Source: Acidobacteriota bacterium
GTDB lineage: Bacteria; Acidobacteriota; CAIWXX01
Reading direction: 5' to 3'
Assembly: GCA_040755995.1 (NCBI GenBank)
Contig: JBFMAF010000008.1
Coordinates: 96,001-160,000 of the forward strand
DNA: 64,000 nt
The position numbers and the translations under genes are program-made. Positions 9,367 to 18,192 of the stretch are shown piece after piece (position 1 is the stretch's first letter; each line of letters starts with the position of its first letter). The notes beneath the pieces were generated by a model, which worked only from the letters and a program-made list of their open reading frames with translations, did no database searches and had not been told where the DNA came from.

Positions 9367-10569
9367 CTACCATTCCACTCTGTTCAGCAGCGATTCCCAG
9401 ATCAGCTCTGCCACGTCGATGACCTTCACGGGTTGCCGGATAGTTTGCACCGCGCTGACCAGCGCTCGCTTGCACTGCTGGCATGCGGAGACGATGGTGT
9501 CGGCGCCCACGTCAAGGGCCTGTTCGGCACGGCGCCGGGCCACCTCCATGGTCGTGTCGTGGCTGAAGATCTTCACGTCGCCTCCGCCGCCGCAGCAGAG
9601 TGCCGCGTCGCGGATGTTGGGCATCTCCCGGAACTCGACCCCCGGAAGGCTCCTCAGGATATGCCGCGGCGCATCGTACTCGCCGCTCTTGCGGCCGAGG
9701 TCGCAGGGATCGTGGTAGGTCACTATGCGGGACAGGATGCCGGGTCGTATACGCTGCCCGTCGAGCAGCTCGCCGAGAAGCTGTGTGGCATGCATGATGG
9801 TGATGTCGGCGGGGAAGCTGGCGAAGGTCGGGTAGATGATCTTCCAGGTGTAGTAGCAGGACGGGCAGGTCATCACCATCGTCTTGATGCCAAGCTCTCT
9901 GAGCACTGCCACGTTGTGCTCGACAAGCTCGCCCATCTCGTTCTTCAGGCCCGCGTTGTAGAGCGGATATCCGCAGCACCATTCGCCGCCCCCGGCCGTG
10001 GTGAACCGGATTCCGGCGTGCTGGAGGATGCGTCCGAACGCCTGGGGGATGCTGAAGGCGCGCGGGTAGAAGGACGCGACGCACCCGACGAAGTACAGCA
10101 GATCCGCGCCGTTCTTCCCCTGAATATCCGTAAGCGGCTGCGGCAGGTTGGTGCTCCACATGAGCCGCTCTTCGTTTGATTCGCCTGAGACGTTGTGCAG
10201 CGTCTTGATTGTGCGGCGCAGCAGCTCGACGTCTTCCGGCACCTGCAGGCCGTGCTGAATCGAGTATGTCTTGCAGCCTATGTTGGTCTCCAGTATGCGG
10301 ATGCCTCGCGGGCAGTGCGTGGAGCAGGCTCTACAGGATGTGCACCGCCAGAACGCCTGGCTGTCGAGCACGTCTTCCTTCATGCCGAGGCGGATGAGCC
10401 GTATGAGCTGCTGTGGCGTGACGATCATGCGATTCGCGGTCGGGCACGAAGCCGTGCAGCTCCCGCACTGGATGCACGAATAGAGCTTCTCCGGGTCCGG
10501 CGTCACCTCCTTGGCGAACGATAGGTCCAGCTTGTCCGGGGTCCAGTATTCGAGAGGTGCTGTCGACAT
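9367..10569 (-). CDS. HdrD-like Fe-S oxidoreductase (HdrC-type ferredoxin plus two CCG domains)
   Basis: CIQCGSCTASCP and CTSCRACSTHCP; CCG domains FVGC..WCCG..CPSC and YHDPCDLGR..CCGGG..SACQQC. Confidence 0.88.
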   Translation of the reverse strand: MSTAPLEYWTPDKLDLSFAKEVTPDPEKLYSCIQCGSCTASCPTANRMIVTPQQLIRLIRLGMKEDVLDSQAFWRCTSCRACSTHCPRGIRILETNIGCKTYSIQHGLQVPEDVELLRRTIKTLHNVSGESNEERLMWSTNLPQPLTDIQGKNGADLLYFVGCVASFYPRAFSIPQAFGRILQHAGIRFTTAGGGEWCCGYPLYNAGLKNEMGELVEHNVAVLRELGIKTMVMTCPSCYYTWKIIYPTFASFPADITIMHATQLLGELLDGQRIRPGILSRIVTYHDPCDLGRKSGEYDAPRHILRSLPGVEFREMPNIRDAALCCGGGGDVKIFSHDTTMEVARRRAEQALDVGADTIVSACQQCKRALVSAVQTIRQPVKVIDVAELIWESLLNRVEW

Positions 10570-10661
10570 GGGGAAGAAGCGCTAGACCTCCGTGCGCCGG
10601 CTGCGGCCCGAGCTGCCCATACGAAAGGGTAGCATTTTCGGCCCGTGCATTCAACGCAGGG

Positions 10662-10677
10662 TTGACACACGTGTGTC
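10662..10677. promoter_or_regulatory. Perfect 14-bp palindrome overlapping a TTGACA -35 box in the hdr/deoB divergent region
   Basis: TTGACA at 10662-10667; GACACACGTGTGTC at 10664-10677. Confidence 0.5.
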
Positions 10678-10702
10678 GTCACGATATCCCTGTGAGGTGA
10701 AG

Positions 10703-11935
10703 ATGATGAGCACCGGAGCCTTCGATCGCGTCCTGTGGATCGTTCTGGACAGCGTCGGGGTAGGCGAGCTGCCCGATGCAGATCAGTACGGCGATCGCGG
10801 TGCCAACACGCTCGCTAGCCTTGCCCGCGCATTCCGCGAGCGGACCGGTCGGAGCCTTCGGGTTCCGGGCCTGGAGCGGCTTGGGATCGGGAATGTAACG
10901 CACGTCGAAGGAGTCCCACCGCGGGCACCTGGAGACGGTGAAGGCGCCTGCGGTCGCGCGATCGAGCAGTCGGCGGGCAAGGACACCACTACGGGGCACT
11001 GGGAGCTGGCTGGGCTGATCCTGCGCGATCCGTTTCCGGTGTTTCCCCGCGGGTTCCCGCAGGAAGTCGTCGATCGCTGGGCGCGCGAGAATGGGCTGCC
11101 CGGCGTTCTGGGGAACAAGCCCGCCAGCGGCACGGAGATCATCGTAGAGCTCGGAGAAGAGCATCTTCGCACTGGCAAGCCGATCTTGTACACGAGTGCC
11201 GACAGCGTCTGGCAGGTTGCCGCGCATGAAGAGGCTTTCGGCCTCGAACGTCTCTACGCCGTCTGCCGGTCCGCGCGGAGGATCTGCGACGAGCTCGGGG
11301 TCGGCCGCGTTATCGCCAGGCCGTTCGTCGGGAATCCTGCGACGGGACGACCGTTCACGAGGACTCACCATCGCCATGACTTCTCTCTCAAACCACCCGG
11401 GCCTACCTATCTGGATGCATTGCAGGCCGCGGGTATCGACGTGCTGGCAATCGGCAAGATTTCGAGCATCTTTGCGGGGCAGGGGGTAACCGGGAGCATC
11501 GAAACAGAAGGTAACACGCATGGTGTCCAGATCATTCTCGATTCGATGCGATCGCGCCGGCCGGGGCTCATCTTCTGCAACCTCCTCGACTTCGACATGC
11601 TGTACGGCCACCGGCGCGACGTCGCCGGCTACGCGCATGCACTCGAGGAATTCGATCTCGCCCTTCCGGGGATCCAGGCTCTGATGGGCCCGCGTGACCT
11701 GCTGGTGCTCACGGCCGACCACGGAAACGATCCGACGCATGGCGGAACGGACCATACGCGCGAGTATGTTCCGGTCCTTGCCTTCACTCCCGCTCAGCAG
11801 CGGCCCGGTCCGATCGATCTGGGCACGCGGTCGAGTTTCGCCGATATCGGGGCGACGGTCACGCAGGCTCTGCTCGGGAGCGAGGGCACACCTCCTGGAG
11901 CGCAGTCGTTCCTCAGCGCGCTGCTCGGGGCGTGA
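10703..11935 (+). CDS. deoB: Phosphopentomutase
   Basis: [76 protein letters not shown]. Confidence 0.95.
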   Translation: MMSTGAFDRVLWIVLDSVGVGELPDADQYGDRGANTLASLARAFRERTGRSLRVPGLERLGIGNVTHVEGVPPRAPGDGEGACGRAIEQSAGKDTTTGHWELAGLILRDPFPVFPRGFPQEVVDRWARENGLPGVLGNKPASGTEIIVELGEEHLRTGKPILYTSADSVWQVAAHEEAFGLERLYAVCRSARRICDELGVGRVIARPFVGNPATGRPFTRTHHRHDFSLKPPGPTYLDALQAAGIDVLAIGKISSIFAGQGVTGSIETEGNTHGVQIILDSMRSRRPGLIFCNLLDFDMLYGHRRDVAGYAHALEEFDLALPGIQALMGPRDLLVLTADHGNDPTHGGTDHTREYVPVLAFTPAQQRPGPIDLGTRSSFADIGATVTQALLGSEGTPPGAQSFLSALLGA

Positions 11936-11947
11936 AAGGGCCTCGGG

Positions 11948-14900
11948 TCACCGGCTGGCGGCATCACCTCGGCCGGCCCGGACGCGTTCCAACTCGCGCA
12001 ACACCTCCTGGGCCGATGGTCTCGACTCAGGGTCGCGGTCGATCATGGCCAGAATCAGGCGTTCGAGATCGACGGGGAGGTTGGGGGCGAGGTCGGTTGG
12101 GCGGAGGGGAGTCGACTCGAGGACCTGCATGATCAACCCCACGGGCGTATCGGCCTCGAATGGGCGTCGCAGCGTCAGCAGCTCGTAGAACAGAACCCCG
12201 AGCATGTAGACGTCGCTTCGGGAATCGGCCGGCTTGCCCCGGACCTGTTCGGGTGACATGTAGTACAGCGTTCCGACCATAGTTCCGGTCTGAGTCAGAC
12301 GAGTCGACGATTGCATCCGCGCAAGGCCGAAGTCGAGGAGTTTGACGAAGTTGGGGTCCTCGCCCGACGTGACCAGCATGATGTTGTCGGGTTTCAGATC
12401 GCGGTGGATGATGTCCTTGGAGTGTATGTTGGCCAGGGCGGATGCAATCTGGATCATGACGTGCAGACTGGCGTCCGTGTCCGAGAAGCCGCCGGCCGCG
12501 ATCTTGGCCGACAGCGTGACCCCCGCCAGGAGTTCCATGGCGACATACGGTCGTTGCTCGTGCTCGCCCCGTTCCACCACCTTCACCACATTGGGGTGAT
12601 CCAGCTGATCGATGATGAAGGCCTCGCGCCTCAACCGTTTTCTCTCCTTCTCATCCGTTGCGAGCTCTTCGTTCATGAGCTTGAGCGCCACTATGCGCGA
12701 GCGTAGCATGAGGTCGACGGCGCGGTAGACCGTGCCCATGCCGCCTGTGGCGATCTTGGTCGTCAGCTGGTAATGCCCTACGCATTTCTGCTTCTTCCAG
12801 AAGGCGATCAGGCTGAGATATCGCCTGAGCGAGTGGATGATGATGTAGGACAGCCCGGAGAAGGCCAGCAGAGCGAACAGAATGAACCACCACGTCCGCC
12901 ATATCGGCGGCAGGACGATGATTCCAATCGAATCCCCGGTGTCGTTCCAGACGCCATCGCTGTTGCACGCAGTGACTTGGAACGTGTAGCGCCCCGGTGG
13001 AATGTTGGTATACACGGCTGAACGGTCCTTCCTCGGTCCCGTCCAGTCCCGGTCGAAGCCGGCCAGCTGGTACTTGAGGCGGACCCGGCCGGGCGAGACG
13101 AAGCTGAGCGCCGTGTACGAGATCTCCACTTTGCCGACGCCGGGTTTGATGTAGACCGGATGCTGCCACCCTTCGTCAAAACCGTCCAGCGCGATCCGCT
13201 CGATGTGCACGGGCGGAGCTACCGGATTGAGATGCAGGCGCTTGGGGTCCACTAGAACGATCCCGATCGTGGTGGCGAACCACAATCGTCCGTCGCGCGT
13301 CCTGCATCCTGTGCTCTGGTAGCCTCCAGTCCCCTCGCGGCTCCTCATCCCGTCGTCGGTTCCGAAGGTCAATGGCACGACGCGTTCCAGTTTGCCTTCG
13401 GCGAACTCGTTGAGCTGTCTCTTGCTGATGCAGGACAGGCCGCGGTTGCTGCTCAACCAGAGATTCTCCGACGCATCTTCGACGACGGCAAAGATCGCTG
13501 AATCGATCAGCCCCGCGGCGGTCGTGTAGTTCACCAACTGCCCGTGCCTTAGGCGCAGGAGGCCGCCGCCCTCCGTGCCGATCCAGACTACTCCCTCCGC
13601 GTCCCGGTGAATGACGAGGACCCGATCGCCGGGCATGCCTTCGCCCTTCGCATATGTGCGGAACCGGCCGCCGGCATAGCTCAGGAGCCTCCCGTCGCCC
13701 AATCCCAACCACAGCGTCCTGTCTGGTGCGACGCACATGCTGAGCACGAGCGTTTCGGAGAGACCCTGATCGTCGCCGACTGTCTCAAACCTCCCGTCTC
13801 GGTATCGATAGAGGCCCCCCTTGGCTGTGCCGATCCAGAGAGATCCATCCGCGCCCTCGGCGAAACACCGCACTTCCTTGTCCGTGAATCCGTTTGCGGT
13901 CGAGAAGACCTCGAAGCGCCCGTCTCGCAGGCGGTTGAGACCGCCGTCGTATGTGCCGACCCAGACATTTCCCTGGCGATCCGAGTGAGCTGTGGTGGTC
14001 AGCGCGCTCGAGAGTCCGTCCCTGGTCCCGAAGTTGCGAAATTCGCCGTTCTGGTATCGGCTGAGGCCACCATTCGTCGAGATCCACAAGGCCCCCTGCT
14101 GATCCTCGCAGATTCCCCATACGAAATTGTCAGGCAGCCCATCGGCGGTGGTGTAAGTGACGATCTTCCCGTCCCTGAGTTGATTCAATCCGAAGTATGT
14201 TCCGATCCACAGAGACCTCTCACGGTCCTCCATTAGTGCCAGCGCCCCGTTGCCTGAAAGCCCCGCCGCACGATCGAATGTGGAGAAACGGCCGTTGGCG
14301 AGACGCGAGACCCCGCCGCTTTCGGTGCTGATCCAGATGTTTCCGTCCCGGTCTTCCAACAGAGCGGTGACCAGATCGGAGCTCAGTCCATCTCGGGTGG
14401 TATAGAAGGCGAATCGTCCATCTCTGTACCGCGCGATTCCCTTGTCCGTGCCTATCCACAGGTTGCCATTCCTGTCGGGCGCGATCGCTCGCACCGGCAC
14501 CCTCGTGAACCCGTCTGCGATTCCGTACTCGCGCACGACGCCGGCGTGCATTCGGAAGAGGCCGGAGCTCGACCCGAGCCACAGATCACCATCCGGACCT
14601 TCGCAGATCGCCGAGACGTCCCTGGGGAACGGTACCCTGAGCTCGCGCGGTCGATCGGCAGATCCTTCTTCGATTCCGATCAGGCCTCGTCCCACTGTTC
14701 CGATCCAGATCCTGCCTTCGCTATCCTCGATCACCTCCTCCACCGATTCCGCCGGAACATCGGCCCCGAGAGTGAATCGATTGAATCTGCCGTTCGCAAA
14801 CGTGGTCAGTCCGCTCCTGGTGCCTATCCAGAGCGTTCGCCGGCGGTCCTCATACAACGCCGTCACGTGGTTGCCGGCCATTCCGTTCGTATTCGACCTG

Positions 14901-15139
14901 TCAAACACAGTGAATGCGACTCCGTCGAACCGGGCCAGCCCATCCTGCGTGCCTAGCCAGAGATAGCCATCGTGAGTCTGAACAATGGCAGTGACCGTGT
15001 TCTGAGGCAGCCCGTCATCCGTAAGCCAAACACGATGTACATACTGGCTAGGCGGCCTGCTCGGGTCCAGTGCGTCGGCGGCATGGGCAAAAGACAGCAA
15101 CGCGATCACGAACCTGAACGCCCGATGCAAACACCTCAT
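11948..15139 (-). CDS. Membrane sensor kinase: Reg_prop beta-propeller repeats + Y_Y_Y + TM + Hanks-type Ser/Thr kinase
   Basis: Signal peptide; many 'GL....V.A...D..G.LWIGT..GL' repeats; YQLAGFD..W...YTNIPPGRYTFQV; PPIWRTWWF TM; GGMGTVY, VALK, HRDLKPDN, DFG, YMSPE. Confidence 0.9.
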   Translation of the reverse strand: MRCLHRAFRFVIALLSFAHAADALDPSRPPSQYVHRVWLTDDGLPQNTVTAIVQTHDGYLWLGTQDGLARFDGVAFTVFDRSNTNGMAGNHVTALYEDRRRTLWIGTRSGLTTFANGRFNRFTLGADVPAESVEEVIEDSEGRIWIGTVGRGLIGIEEGSADRPRELRVPFPRDVSAICEGPDGDLWLGSSSGLFRMHAGVVREYGIADGFTRVPVRAIAPDRNGNLWIGTDKGIARYRDGRFAFYTTRDGLSSDLVTALLEDRDGNIWISTESGGVSRLANGRFSTFDRAAGLSGNGALALMEDRERSLWIGTYFGLNQLRDGKIVTYTTADGLPDNFVWGICEDQQGALWISTNGGLSRYQNGEFRNFGTRDGLSSALTTTAHSDRQGNVWVGTYDGGLNRLRDGRFEVFSTANGFTDKEVRCFAEGADGSLWIGTAKGGLYRYRDGRFETVGDDQGLSETLVLSMCVAPDRTLWLGLGDGRLLSYAGGRFRTYAKGEGMPGDRVLVIHRDAEGVVWIGTEGGGLLRLRHGQLVNYTTAAGLIDSAIFAVVEDASENLWLSSNRGLSCISKRQLNEFAEGKLERVVPLTFGTDDGMRSREGTGGYQSTGCRTRDGRLWFATTIGIVLVDPKRLHLNPVAPPVHIERIALDGFDEGWQHPVYIKPGVGKVEISYTALSFVSPGRVRLKYQLAGFDRDWTGPRKDRSAVYTNIPPGRYTFQVTACNSDGVWNDTGDSIGIIVLPPIWRTWWFILFALLAFSGLSYIIIHSLRRYLSLIAFWKKQKCVGHYQLTTKIATGGMGTVYRAVDLMLRSRIVALKLMNEELATDEKERKRLRREAFIIDQLDHPNVVKVVERGEHEQRPYVAMELLAGVTLSAKIAAGGFSDTDASLHVMIQIASALANIHSKDIIHRDLKPDNIMLVTSGEDPNFVKLLDFGLARMQSSTRLTQTGTMVGTLYYMSPEQVRGKPADSRSDVYMLGVLFYELLTLRRPFEADTPVGLIMQVLESTPLRPTDLAPNLPVDLERLILAMIDRDPESRPSAQEVLRELERVRAGRGDAASR

Positions 15140-15318
15140 GCTCGCGCGCACGCACGAGTCGAAGTGCATTCCTCTCCCGGCTTTCACGTGCCACCCGCTG
15201 GTCTTCCCGCATTCTACCATGATTCCCGTCTCGCGCCGGGACGGTAGTCGCCGGGCTCGTCGCACGATGTATGATATGCGTCTGCGATCATGAGCGAGAC
15301 GCCGAGGCCGGTTCGGAG

Positions 15319-15888
15319 ATGAACCCACTGGAGATCGCCACCTTCGTCTTCGGGCTGCTGTCGGTCTGGCTCACCGTCCGGCAGAACATATGGTGCTGGC
15401 CGACTGGAATCACGATGGTTCTCTGCTACGGCGTCCTTGCATTCCAGGTTCGTCTCTACTCCGATGTCGGACTGCAGATGATCTACCTTGTGATGCAGAT
15501 CTATGGCTGGTATCACTGGCTCCATGGCGGGCGCGACCGGGGGACGCTTCCTGTCACGAGGCTCGGGCTGTGGCTGCTCGTGGCATGGATTCTGATCGGG
15601 CTCGCGGGCGCAGGCTTTCTGGGGCTGGTGATGTCGACGCGCACCGATGCCGACCTGCCTTACTGGAATGCCACCACTACCACACTCTCGCTCGTCGCAC
15701 AGTGGCTCCTGGCCAGGAAGAAGCTGGAGTCATGGGCCGCCTGGATCACCGTCGATGTGCTATACATAGGCGTGTTCGTAACGAAGAGGCTGTACCTCAT
15801 GGCCTGCCTTTACGCCGTGTTCCTGGCAATGTGCGGAGTGGGATTCTACGAGTGGAGGAGATCAGCACGAGAAGCGGCAGCGGCCTGA
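15319..15888 (+). CDS. pnuC: Nicotinamide riboside transporter PnuC
   Basis: Hydrophobic; NIWCWP.G, LYSD..LQ..Y..MQ.YGWY.W, SLVAQWLLARKKLESW..WI.VD. Confidence 0.9.
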   Translation: MNPLEIATFVFGLLSVWLTVRQNIWCWPTGITMVLCYGVLAFQVRLYSDVGLQMIYLVMQIYGWYHWLHGGRDRGTLPVTRLGLWLLVAWILIGLAGAGFLGLVMSTRTDADLPYWNATTTTLSLVAQWLLARKKLESWAAWITVDVLYIGVFVTKRLYLMACLYAVFLAMCGVGFYEWRRSAREAAAA

Positions 15889-16961
15889 TCATCGGCAAGT
15901 TCATGCCCCCGCACCTGGGCCACCAGTACCTTGTCGACTTCGCGCGGGAGCAGGTGGATCGGCTCACCGTGCTGGTGTGTTCGATCGCGGCCGAGCCCAT
16001 CCCAGGAACGCTTCGCTGCAAGTGGATGCGGGAGATGTTCCCGGACGTGGACGTGGTCCACGTGACGGACGAGAATCCGCAGGAACCGCATGAGCATTCG
16101 GAGTTCTGGCAGATCTGGCTCGATACCATCCGCCGCGTTGTGCCACGCGGGCCCGACTACCTGTTCGCATCCGAGGACTACGGCTGGAAGCTGTCGGATA
16201 TGCTCGGCGCCCAGTACGTGCCCGTCGACCACGCCCGCAGCCTCGTGCCGATCTCCGGTTCGCGGCTGCGCGAACGGCCGATGGAGAACTGGGGGTTCAT
16301 CCCGCCGTGCGTGCGCCCGCACTTCGCCCGTCGCGTGTGCGTGTTCGGACCCGAATCCACCGGCAAGAGCACGCTGGCCCGCCGGCTGGCAGAGCATTAC
16401 CAGACGGTCTACGCCGCGGAGTACGCTCGAGGACTGCTCGACTTCAAGCACGGGCGATGCGACTTCGATGACATCCCGAGGATCGCGCGAGGGCACGTAG
16501 CATCGGAAGAGGCGCTGGCGCGGCAGGCCAACCGCGTGCTCTTCTGCGATACCGACCTGATCACGACCGTGATCTGGAGCGAGATTCTGTTCGGCGAATG
16601 CCCCGAGTGGATTCGTCGAGAAGCCGATCGCCGCGGCTACGATCTCTACCTGCTCATGGACATCGATACGCCATGGGTTCCGGATCCACAGAGGTATCTG
16701 CCGAACGATCGCGAGAGCTTCCTCGCCCGCTGCGAAGCCGAGCTTACGTCGCGCGGGCGGGCGTATGTCAAGATCGGCGGATCGTGGACTGAGCGGTTTC
16801 GCAGGGCGTGCGAGGCTGTGGAGCCGTTGCTGTCGGATCGATGGCGGCCCGCGGAGCGCCCTACCGCCTTGCGGAAACCGCCGGGTCAGACCGAGCGCCG
16901 GGATGAGCGTAAATCGGGGAGTCGATCTCCCGGATGCGCCGATGGTATTCCTGGGCGGTGA
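15852..16961 (+). CDS. nadR: NadR-like bifunctional NMN adenylyltransferase/ribosylnicotinamide kinase (no HTH)
   Basis: GKFMPPHLGH (HxGH), PISG, GPESTGKSTL Walker A, EYAR, CDTD, YDLYLL..PW..D..R. Confidence 0.85.
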   Translation: MEEISTRSGSGLIIGKFMPPHLGHQYLVDFAREQVDRLTVLVCSIAAEPIPGTLRCKWMREMFPDVDVVHVTDENPQEPHEHSEFWQIWLDTIRRVVPRGPDYLFASEDYGWKLSDMLGAQYVPVDHARSLVPISGSRLRERPMENWGFIPPCVRPHFARRVCVFGPESTGKSTLARRLAEHYQTVYAAEYARGLLDFKHGRCDFDDIPRIARGHVASEEALARQANRVLFCDTDLITTVIWSEILFGECPEWIRREADRRGYDLYLLMDIDTPWVPDPQRYLPNDRESFLARCEAELTSRGRAYVKIGGSWTERFRRACEAVEPLLSDRWRPAERPTALRKPPGQTERRDERKSGSRSPGCADGIPGR

Positions 16962-17961
16962 TCGTGTTCTGCCAGCACCCAGTGAGTCGCGCGGCGCCCA
17001 CGCCGAGCATGAAGAGTAGCACTACCGCGGCCGCGAACTCCGCAAACGACAGGCTGTGCCCGATCCCCGCCGTGCGCACGCGCAAGGCGGGTGTCACCGG
17101 GCAGACGGCGACGCAGTCGAGGCAACCTGTGCACTCGACGGAACGGACGTCCTTCACCTTGTCGACAGGCAGGTAGGAAGGACAGGCGACCGCGCATTTC
17201 CCGCAGTCGATACACGTCTCCTCATCGCGGCGCACAGTCGTGGGACTGATACGGCTGAAGAAACCCAGCAATGCACCGTATGGGCAGAGATAGCGGCACC
17301 AGAAGTTCTTGATGATGATCGAGAGCAACGCGAGGACGACGACGGTCTTGAGCGCGAACGGACTGATGCGCGCGAAAAACATATACATCTTGACGTCGGC
17401 CACGCGATTATACGGGCTGTCGATGAACGACTGTATCGCAAGCGCATCCATGGCCCAGAAGATCGCGTAGAGGAAGAAGAGAAGGAGCAGGTACTTGAGT
17501 GCGCGAGGCGGGATGTCAATCCACCTCCACGGAGCGACGCTGCGCCGGAAGAAGAAGCGGCCCAGTTTCCACAGGTACTCGCTCAGGGCTCCGACCGGAC
17601 AGATCCAGCTGCAGAAAGACTTGCGAAGCAGCCAGGAGATCGCCACGAAGACGATCAGCAACACGGTGGCCGCCGGGTGGATTGTGTTGAGCTCACCGGT
17701 GCTCGCCCAGTGCCTGATGCCGATCAAGCCGCTGATGGGCAGGAACCCTTCGACGCCGGGCGGGCGTTCCGGAAGCGAAACGAATTCATCCGGTCGTGCG
17801 CTTTCGGCCATGCTGACGAAACGATGGAATTCCCATCCGATCCAGATCACCAGGACGAGGAACGCGAACTGTACGATCCAGCGGGTCGGATTAATGCCGA
17901 AGACGCTTTGCAGCCAAAGCCGCCATCCCCTGGGCTTCGGCTTCAACAGGCTCTTGTCCAC
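16861..17961 (-). CDS. Membrane polyferredoxin (NapH/MauN-like 4Fe-4S binding protein)
   Basis: TM helices; FCSWICPVG, WCRYLCPYG, CIDCGKCAVACP, CTGCLDCVAVCP. Confidence 0.88.
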   Translation of the reverse strand: MDKSLLKPKPRGWRLWLQSVFGINPTRWIVQFAFLVLVIWIGWEFHRFVSMAESARPDEFVSLPERPPGVEGFLPISGLIGIRHWASTGELNTIHPAATVLLIVFVAISWLLRKSFCSWICPVGALSEYLWKLGRFFFRRSVAPWRWIDIPPRALKYLLLLFFLYAIFWAMDALAIQSFIDSPYNRVADVKMYMFFARISPFALKTVVVLALLSIIIKNFWCRYLCPYGALLGFFSRISPTTVRRDEETCIDCGKCAVACPSYLPVDKVKDVRSVECTGCLDCVAVCPVTPALRVRTAGIGHSLSFAEFAAAVVLLFMLGVGAARLTGCWQNTITAQEYHRRIREIDSPIYAHPGARSDPAVSARR

Positions 17962-18009
17962 CTTACAATCATAGCCTCACACATGATACCGCACCTTGAC
18001 TTGGATCAA
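17961..18009 (-). promoter_or_regulatory. Class II FNR/CRP-type promoter with a probably leaderless transcript
   Basis: TTGAC-TTGG-ATCAA at 17996-18009, centred -41.5 from the GTG at 17961; minus-strand TATGAT at 17973-17968 (-12 to -7). Confidence 0.7.
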
Positions 18010-18192
18010 GCCCGAACGGTGCCTCATTGGCCTGAATTCGTGCCCGTTCCCGATCCCGACCGGGTAGGCGTACGGGTACCGGTCTTCGGCCTGGCTACGG
18101 CGCAGGGGTCATGGCTGATCGGTCCGACCGGCCACCTGTTGTTTGCATTGCGTCGACCTCGAAACTACACTCAGCGCGGATCGAGTGATGTG

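Noticed and set aside
7545..9422. 625-aa plus-strand ORF, and similar long antisense ORFs (27021-28424, 42944-44305, 47547-48719, 49367-50575)
   Set aside because: Antisense to clear genes, no motifs; expected in high-GC DNA
2339..10569. Selenocysteine in Mvh/Hdr subunits
   Set aside because: All relevant positions are Cys codons; no in-frame TGA
15140..15318. Possible NAD+ riboswitch upstream of pnuC
   Set aside because: No recognisable nadA- or pnuC-motif consensus by eye; an Infernal/Rfam scan would be decisive
17056..18192. N-terminal part of the 820-aa ORF
   Set aside because: Shadow of the polyferredoxin gene and its promoter; the methyltransferase starts near 18193
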